A DNA stretch of 42,290 nucleotides. It comes from a virus (lineage: Duplodnaviria > Caudoviricetes). Each line of letters starts with the position of its first letter. Positions within the stretch are counted from its first letter, which is position 1. The notes below the pieces were generated by a model. The model was given only the letters and a program-made list of their open reading frames with translations. It had not been told where the DNA came from and made no database searches. Below, piece after piece: positions 36,978-42,290 of this stretch. Where the stretch lies: positions 1 to 42,290 of the IMG/VR virus record IMGVR_UViG_3300042507_007799; one strand, given 5' to 3'. A program made the translations under genes and the position numbers.

Positions 36978-37766
36978 ATGTATGATATAAATAATAAAAT
37001 CGCTTACTTTTTTGGATTTTTTTGGGGTGACGGCGGAATAAAATCAAATAATAGACCTACAAATCCAAGAATTTGTATTGTTAAAGAAGATGGAGAAAAA
37101 TTATATGACTTATTTAAGTACTGCTTTAATTTCTCTTATTCTGAGTACGCTCAGCCTAATAGAAAACTTCGTTCAACTTTTTACTTTAAAGATAAAAAGC
37201 TTAAAGAATTTCTTTTAGAAATGGATGGAATGAATAAGTCTTATCTCGCCCCAACAAAAATTTTACAAGCTATTCCGCAAAATTTACATAAATATTTTTG
37301 GCGTGGATATATTGATGCGGATGGCTGCTTTTATAAGCGTAAAAATAAAAAAGGAGGAGCATTTTCAATTTCATCTACTATAAACCAAGATTGGTCAGAA
37401 GTCAAAAACTTATTAACTTTATTAAACGTAGAAAATTTTTCAATCTTTAAAAAAGAGACGAAGAGCGGTAATAGTTCTACTTTTGAAGTTAAATATGGTC
37501 AAGACATTAAAAAAATTGGAAATTTTATTTATGGTGATCAATTCGATGGAATTGGTTTAAAAAGAAAATTTGACAAATTTACAGAAATTTCTGACTCTTT
37601 AGAAAAGCTTACGTCAAATAAAAAAGGCATTTCTTTCCATAAAGGTATAAAAAAATGGAGAGCTTATGTAAAGCGTCAATTTTTAGGATGGTGGAATACA
37701 GAAGAAGAGGCTTATTCAGCTAGAATTAAATTTCTAGCTCAAAAATCTGCTTCTGAAAAATATTAA
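36978..37766 (+). mobile_element. Free-standing double-motif LAGLIDADG homing endonuclease with AP2-like tail
   Basis: YFFGFFWGDG and FWRGYIDADG, then KGISFHKGIKKWRAYV...LGWWNTEEEAYSAR (AP2-like). ATG 36978 follows GTGTAA; the alternative start is 36951. Confidence 0.9.
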
Positions 37767-38373
37767 ACGTCATTTCTATATCATAGAGTGCCCCGTGCAA
37801 TTTACTAGGATCATGAGGAATCTCGTAGTGTTTTAAGAGATGAGCTTGGCTTGTCTTGATGCCCTTTTCTCGATGATTAAGCCAGCGATATTGCCAGCAA
37901 ATCAAATCATCTGAATCCACAGACCTGCATTCCTTGGCAATTGCCATTGCTAAAGCTTTTGTATCAAGCACACGATCTACATAATTAAAGCAAGAATCTA
38001 AACCCATTGCTCTTATCCAAGAATTCAGCATATAAACATCAAATCCAAGAATGTTCTGGCCAATGATTTTAGTCTTGCTTTTTTCTAAATGATTATCAAG
38101 ATTTGGACAAAATTCATCCCAAACCTCTTTTGGAGATTTTGCAAGAGAGCGATATTTATCATAATTAAAACCAGTGATTTTAGCAGCACCATCGCTTATT
38201 TTCAAATCAGGCCAATAGATGTATCTCTCTTGGCGCGAAATGATCTTCTTACCAACAGCTTCAATCCATGCGATTTGCCAGGGTCTTGAATGAAGTAGGT
38301 TAAGCCCCTCTGTTTCTGTGTCCAGAATGATATATTTTTGATTGAAATCGAATCTTAGTAAATTATCTTTCAT
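37726..38373 (-). CDS. dnaQ: DEDDh 3'-5' exonuclease (DnaQ/epsilon-like)
   Basis: LDTETEGL, GQNILGFD, LDT and HGALYD. Likely start MKDNLL at 38373. Confidence 0.85.
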   Translation of the reverse strand: MKDNLLRFDFNQKYIILDTETEGLNLLHSRPWQIAWIEAVGKKIISRQERYIYWPDLKISDGAAKITGFNYDKYRSLAKSPKEVWDEFCPNLDNHLEKSKTKIIGQNILGFDVYMLNSWIRAMGLDSCFNYVDRVLDTKALAMAIAKECRSVDSDDLICWQYRWLNHREKGIKTSQAHLLKHYEIPHDPSKLHGALYDIEMTFNIFQKQIFELEI

Positions 38374-39118
38374 TTTTAAATGCCTCCCAAGAGAATGAAT
38401 CGCTACCACAATGTTCCAAGTTTGGGCTGGAGAGCGACTGCTCTTTACCAAAGGCGCGTTTGCACAAACATTTGTATGTCTGCCAAGCTTCAAAGTCTTT
38501 GCGATTTTTGTAGTAAATAGACTTTGTTTTCTGAATGCTATCGCCAAATGCAGATGCCCATTTTTCGACCTTAGCTTTTAGAATATGATCAAATGGTAAA
38601 TCATTACTCTCGATAAAATAAGTCGTCTTTGTAAACTTAAAGCTTGGCAAGCATTGTTTGCCTCTAAAGTTATTATTATAAATAAAAGAATCGTAAAATG
38701 GAATGCACAGCATCAAATCATCTGACCAGTTATTCTGTAGAGATACAGAGTCAACAAAGCCACCGTTCTTTTGATTCGCCAAAGAAAAGATGCGAGTTAA
38801 ATTTTTAACACCGTTATCGTTTTTAGCAAAGACGACAATCTTATGTTCGGAAGATTTCTTATCTTCTTCTGACACAGAGTTGCAGCAAGATATTCTAGAG
38901 CCAAAAATTAATTGAATATCATGCTCTTTGCATTTCTGATGAGCATCCAAAAAGCCGATCATTGAATCTTCCACCAAGAAGATTTCGGACAATTTGTTTT
39001 CTTTCGCAATCGAGATGATGCTATCAGAACCGCCTTCTTTGGTTTCTTTTGGATCGTCTAGTGTTAGGATTGACTTTCCTATGCTGGCACAGCTTTTGAA
39101 TAAGGGAATTGTGGTCAT
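38363..39118 (-). CDS. Stand-alone PHP domain of Pol III alpha, metal ligands apparently lost
   Basis: DIQLIFGSRI, HKIVVFAKNDNGVKNL and IYYKNRKDFEA parallel DnaE PHP motifs. The HLHVHS and TDH motifs are replaced. Confidence 0.8.
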   Translation of the reverse strand: MTTIPLFKSCASIGKSILTLDDPKETKEGGSDSIISIAKENKLSEIFLVEDSMIGFLDAHQKCKEHDIQLIFGSRISCCNSVSEEDKKSSEHKIVVFAKNDNGVKNLTRIFSLANQKNGGFVDSVSLQNNWSDDLMLCIPFYDSFIYNNNFRGKQCLPSFKFTKTTYFIESNDLPFDHILKAKVEKWASAFGDSIQKTKSIYYKNRKDFEAWQTYKCLCKRAFGKEQSLSSPNLEHCGSDSFSWEAFKNER

Positions 39119-39124
39119 ATTTGA

Positions 39125-39152
39125 ATGATACTGCATATTTTCCGATAGTCAA
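39125..39152 (-). promoter_or_regulatory. Sigma70-like promoter for the polymerase genes
   Basis: TTGACT-16 nt-TATCAT-6 nt-ATG(39118) on the minus strand, consistent with a leaderless mRNA. Confidence 0.55.
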
Positions 39153-39195
39153 ATATAATGTTCCCAATTATTATATTTTGATGTAAATAAGGAAA

Positions 39196-40164
39196 ATGCC
39201 AAGAAAAAAAGAAAATTTTTTAAAATGTGTTTATAAAATAGGCTTTATTGACTGTGAAAAAGTGTATATTGGGTCTTCTTGTCGTTGGCCTTATAGAAAA
39301 ACAGAGCATTTAAATAAACTATCTCAAAACAAGCACTCAAATAGGTATTTACAACGAGCTTTTAATAAATATGGCTTAGATAATATTATTATTGAACCGT
39401 TAGAATTTTGCGAAAATATATCTCTTTTACGGAGAACAGAACAATATTGGATAAATTCTTTTGAATCTACTGATCCAAATCGGGGTTTTAATTTAGTTAA
39501 ATTAGTTGAGAAAATTGGGACAACTGGTTATAAGTTCTCCGACGAGCAAAGATTAAAACTTTCTCTTTCATCAAAATTAAGAATGTCTCATAAAAATGAA
39601 AGAGAAAAAATATCAGAATCTATCTCTAAAAAAATTCAAGAAAACCCTAGTTATTTTAATGGAGCTTTTCTTCCAGAAGAATTTAAAATGTATTCACCTG
39701 ACGGAGAATTGGTAAAAATATTTAACTTATGTAAATTTTGTCGCGAAAAAAATCTTGATTATAAAAAAATGTATGATACCGCAATAGGTAAAAGAATCGA
39801 ATATTTAGGATGGAAAAGAGATTTAAATAGAAAAAATAAATCAAAAAAATATTTTTTATTTATTTCTCCACAAGGAGAGGTTGTCGAAGTTTTTGGGCTG
39901 AAGGAATTTTGCAAAAAAAATAATTTGCCGCTTAGGACTATGTATGCCATTCATAAAAATATAGGTATTTCATGTAAAGGTTGGACTAAATATCTAGAGA
40001 ATAAAGAAATTAAAATACGCAAAGGTAAAAATTTTAAAATTCAAAATAATTTAGGAGAATGGCAACAAATCAATAATTTAAAAAATTTTTGTCAAAAAAA
40101 TAACATTTCCTACGATATTATCAGACACGGTGGAGAGTCTAATGGATTTAAGATCGTTTTATAA
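39196..40164 (+). mobile_element. Free-standing GIY-YIG homing endonuclease with three C-terminal DNA-binding repeats
   Basis: CVYKI...YIGSS...R...H, EQYWIN, GFNL, then three SPxGE...(N/G)LxxFCxxxN(L/I) repeats. Confidence 0.9.
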
Positions 40165-41190
40165 ATTCTTTTGGTGGCCAGGACAACCTTGGTACCACAT
40201 TGTTTGATAAAGATATTTATCTTCGGGATATTTTTTAACGTATTCGTCGAAGTCTTCCAAGAAACATGAAGTGACCATTGTTCCTTTCATATCGCAAATC
40301 TTATAATAGTAAAAATCAAATTTATATGGGCAATGCCATTTAATTGTGCCGTCTTTCTTTAATTCTCCCTTTTTAGAGGCTCGCCCACACTGTAATGGGC
40401 CGCTAAATGAATCGTCTTTGGGATAGTCTTGTCTGGCTGCTAAATTAGAAAATGCTGTTTGAATATCAAAACTGTCCAAGTATTTTTGGATTTCAGTTAG
40501 CTCAGATTGAAAACCATCCAATTCTTCTTCTGTTAATGCTGGCATTTTCACGACGCCTTTTTCATTTGGCAAGAATTTTAAAAATAGGAATTCAGAACAG
40601 CGATTGCTATAGTCTGGAAATTTCTTTTTAACAGCAAGAGAATACATCAAATCCTGCAAATTGTTCTCAAGGTCTTTGCCCTTGAATACTTCTTTGCTGC
40701 TTTTAAAGTCGCGGATAATAGCTAATCCTTGTTTCTTATAAAGAAAAAGTTTATCAATAAAGCCTTTGATTCTGTAGTCGAACTTGCCTTCTTTAACATC
40801 AATTTCAAAATCTTGCTCGCTCAAGGCTTGTGAAGGTTTGCCGCTTTCTGTTCCAAAGAAGTCATACTGAAGACCAGCAAGTGTCATGTCACAAATCTGC
40901 TTGATATTGTCTTCGTCATTAACGCCTTCTTTTTTCGCATGTTTGCGAATGAGTCTTTCGATAGCTTTACTCGCAAAAACATCTCTTTTTTTAATAATAA
41001 TTGAGAAATGTTTCTTGTGCCTGTTTTCTCCCAAACATTCAAAAACTAAATGGCATATAGAACCACGACGAGCGCCGTCATTACTTTTATCAGGCAATTT
41101 TAAATGATATGAGCACCAATATTTCCAACTGCAAGATTGAGCAGTTTTAATTCGGCTTGCTGATAATGATGTGCGGTTTTTAGATTCCAA
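40159..41190 (-). CDS. PD-(D/E)XK RecB/AddB-like exonuclease
   Basis: LSASRI...C, RGSICH..FE, IKGFID, IIRDFKS, QDLMY and C-terminal cysteines. Confidence 0.85.
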   Translation of the reverse strand: MESKNRTSLSASRIKTAQSCSWKYWCSYHLKLPDKSNDGARRGSICHLVFECLGENRHKKHFSIIIKKRDVFASKAIERLIRKHAKKEGVNDEDNIKQICDMTLAGLQYDFFGTESGKPSQALSEQDFEIDVKEGKFDYRIKGFIDKLFLYKKQGLAIIRDFKSSKEVFKGKDLENNLQDLMYSLAVKKKFPDYSNRCSEFLFLKFLPNEKGVVKMPALTEEELDGFQSELTEIQKYLDSFDIQTAFSNLAARQDYPKDDSFSGPLQCGRASKKGELKKDGTIKWHCPYKFDFYYYKICDMKGTMVTSCFLEDFDEYVKKYPEDKYLYQTMWYQGCPGHQKNL

Positions 41191-42226
41191 AGTTTTGTAG
41201 TTTTTTAAAAAATTTCTCTAATTTCTTTTCTTGAAAAGAAGTACGATTAGCAGAGCAGAAATCTTTATAATCATTTAATTTAGCTTCTTGAGAAGCGTTT
41301 GGTTGTTGATACCAATCCTTAAATGACATTTCTTTCTGTCTCATTTCGCCAAAATCATTTGCCCAAGGAAGCTGAACAGATAGTTGTTCAAAGTCAAAAA
41401 ACTGACTAAGTTTCATGTAGTTTTTCATGGCAGAGATTTTGCCATGATTCTTTTGCTTCTCATTGTCGTTATTTGTGGCAATAATGATCTTCTGCAAGTC
41501 TTTGGAACAAAGATAGTTCAAGAGCGCTGGAGAGCAGTCTAGGCCAAAAGTAACGAGATTATTGGCATAGCCTTCTTCTGTCAAAGCCAAACTATCTCCA
41601 ATACTTTCCACCAAGATGACTTCCTTCTTCTCGTCAATGAGAGAATCAACGGTTTGTTCTCTTGGAACAAATGCTGGATAAACCCATTTTGTTTTTGTTC
41701 CAATGTGTTTCCATTTGGGAGATTCGTTGTTATCATTGATTTTTCTACCGCTAAATCCAAAGATTTCTCCATTAGATTCATAAATTGGAAACACGATTCT
41801 TTGATACATTTGACCATTTCCAGCCAAGCCACAATGATAAAGCTTTTGTGTTTCTTCGCTGATTCCGCGCTTCTTATAAAAGGAGAAGTTTGGAAAAAGC
41901 CTATTTAAGCATTCTTTGGGGTAAATTTTATCCATTTCTATTTTTTCTTTTGCGATGTAGTGTATTTGAGCATCTTGGTTATAACTAACATACTCCTTAA
42001 TGATTCTTGGGTCTTTAGTTTGAAGAGTTAATTCAACCAGCTTAACAAGCGGCATGGAGGCATTGCCTTGAACATAGTCTTGCCATACTCCACTATTCTT
42101 ATACACTTTAATCGCTGTTGGATTGTCGCCACCGCGATATAAAGCTTTTGTTCTCCAATGATTGCCAAAATCTTTTAGAGAGTATCCAAGCTTTTCAAGA
42201 GAGCCTTTTATTTGATCAGAGTTCAT
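41180..42226 (-). CDS. dnaG: DnaG-like DNA primase
   Basis: KRGIS, RIVFPI...GFSGR...PKW and TOPRIM LVESIGD. Likely start MNSDQ at 42226. Confidence 0.8.
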   Translation of the reverse strand: MNSDQIKGSLEKLGYSLKDFGNHWRTKALYRGGDNPTAIKVYKNSGVWQDYVQGNASMPLVKLVELTLQTKDPRIIKEYVSYNQDAQIHYIAKEKIEMDKIYPKECLNRLFPNFSFYKKRGISEETQKLYHCGLAGNGQMYQRIVFPIYESNGEIFGFSGRKINDNNESPKWKHIGTKTKWVYPAFVPREQTVDSLIDEKKEVILVESIGDSLALTEEGYANNLVTFGLDCSPALLNYLCSKDLQKIIIATNNDNEKQKNHGKISAMKNYMKLSQFFDFEQLSVQLPWANDFGEMRQKEMSFKDWYQQPNASQEAKLNDYKDFCSANRTSFQEKKLEKFFKKLQNFGI

Positions 42227-42290
42227 CAAAATCAGGAGCAGTGTTTCTTCCGTTTTCTTCAGCGCCTTCGCCAATATCATTAAATTCAAC
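42216..42290 (-). CDS. 3' end of an upstream gene truncated by the window edge
   Basis: The frame VEFNDIGEGAEENGRNTAPDFDEL* overlaps the primase start. Identity cannot be determined; a helicase is plausible from position only. Confidence 0.5.
   Translation of the reverse strand, partial: VEFNDIGEGAEENGRNTAPDFDEL

Noticed and set aside
38374-38547. N-terminal extension of the exonuclease ORF, or PHP-exonuclease frameshift fusion
   Set aside because: The extension overlaps PHP coding sequence and looks non-protein-like. ATG 38373 overlapping the PHP end is the simpler reading, and no convincing shift signal is seen.
34392-39118. Split-intein or intron-interrupted DnaE
   Set aside because: No intein N- or C-terminal motifs are present, and there is no non-coding space for group I intron structure around the endonuclease genes.
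40159-41190. Cas4 as part of a CRISPR system
   Set aside because: No array or other cas genes are present. Its context next to primase and polymerase fits a RecB-like recombination exonuclease.
1-42290. tRNA, rRNA or large ncRNA genes; alternative genetic code
   Set aside because: Intergenic gaps are all under about 100 nt with no cloverleaf seen. Standard-code ORFs tile the window and use TAA, TGA and TAG as stops.

Overview
This is a 42.3 kb AT-rich segment of a large tailed dsDNA phage, most likely a siphovirus: it has a very long tape measure and no sheath gene in the window. Positions 1-29.7 kb hold virion genes: protease/scaffold, decoration protein, major capsid, an inverted neck/tail-tube block, chaperones, a 2292-aa tape measure, tail-tip proteins and fibre/adhesin proteins. 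Positions 29.7-42.3 kb hold a mostly minus-strand replication/accessory block: primase, RecB-like nuclease, a DNA polymerase III encoded as three genes (PHP, DnaQ-like exonuclease, DnaE core), a ClpC-like ATPase, a kinase-like protein and three free-standing homing endonucleases. A SET-domain gene lies among the fibre genes. The main leads are: (1) the tape measure looks like a polyprotein punctuated by repeated A(A/S/T/N)GG / G(F/Y)IPNF motifs, with a PD-(D/E)XK nuclease-like cassette between two of them, i.e. a possible injected effector; (2) an (G/A)TGTAA motif recurs just upstream of many genes, including an internal scaffold start and all three homing endonucleases, and is a candidate late promoter; (3) predicted virion-surface proteins are rich in (S/T)G dipeptides; (4) tail-tube and Dit domains are tandemly duplicated; (5) there is a small Hfq/Sm-like ORF. 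All calls come from motifs read by eye. No database searches were run.
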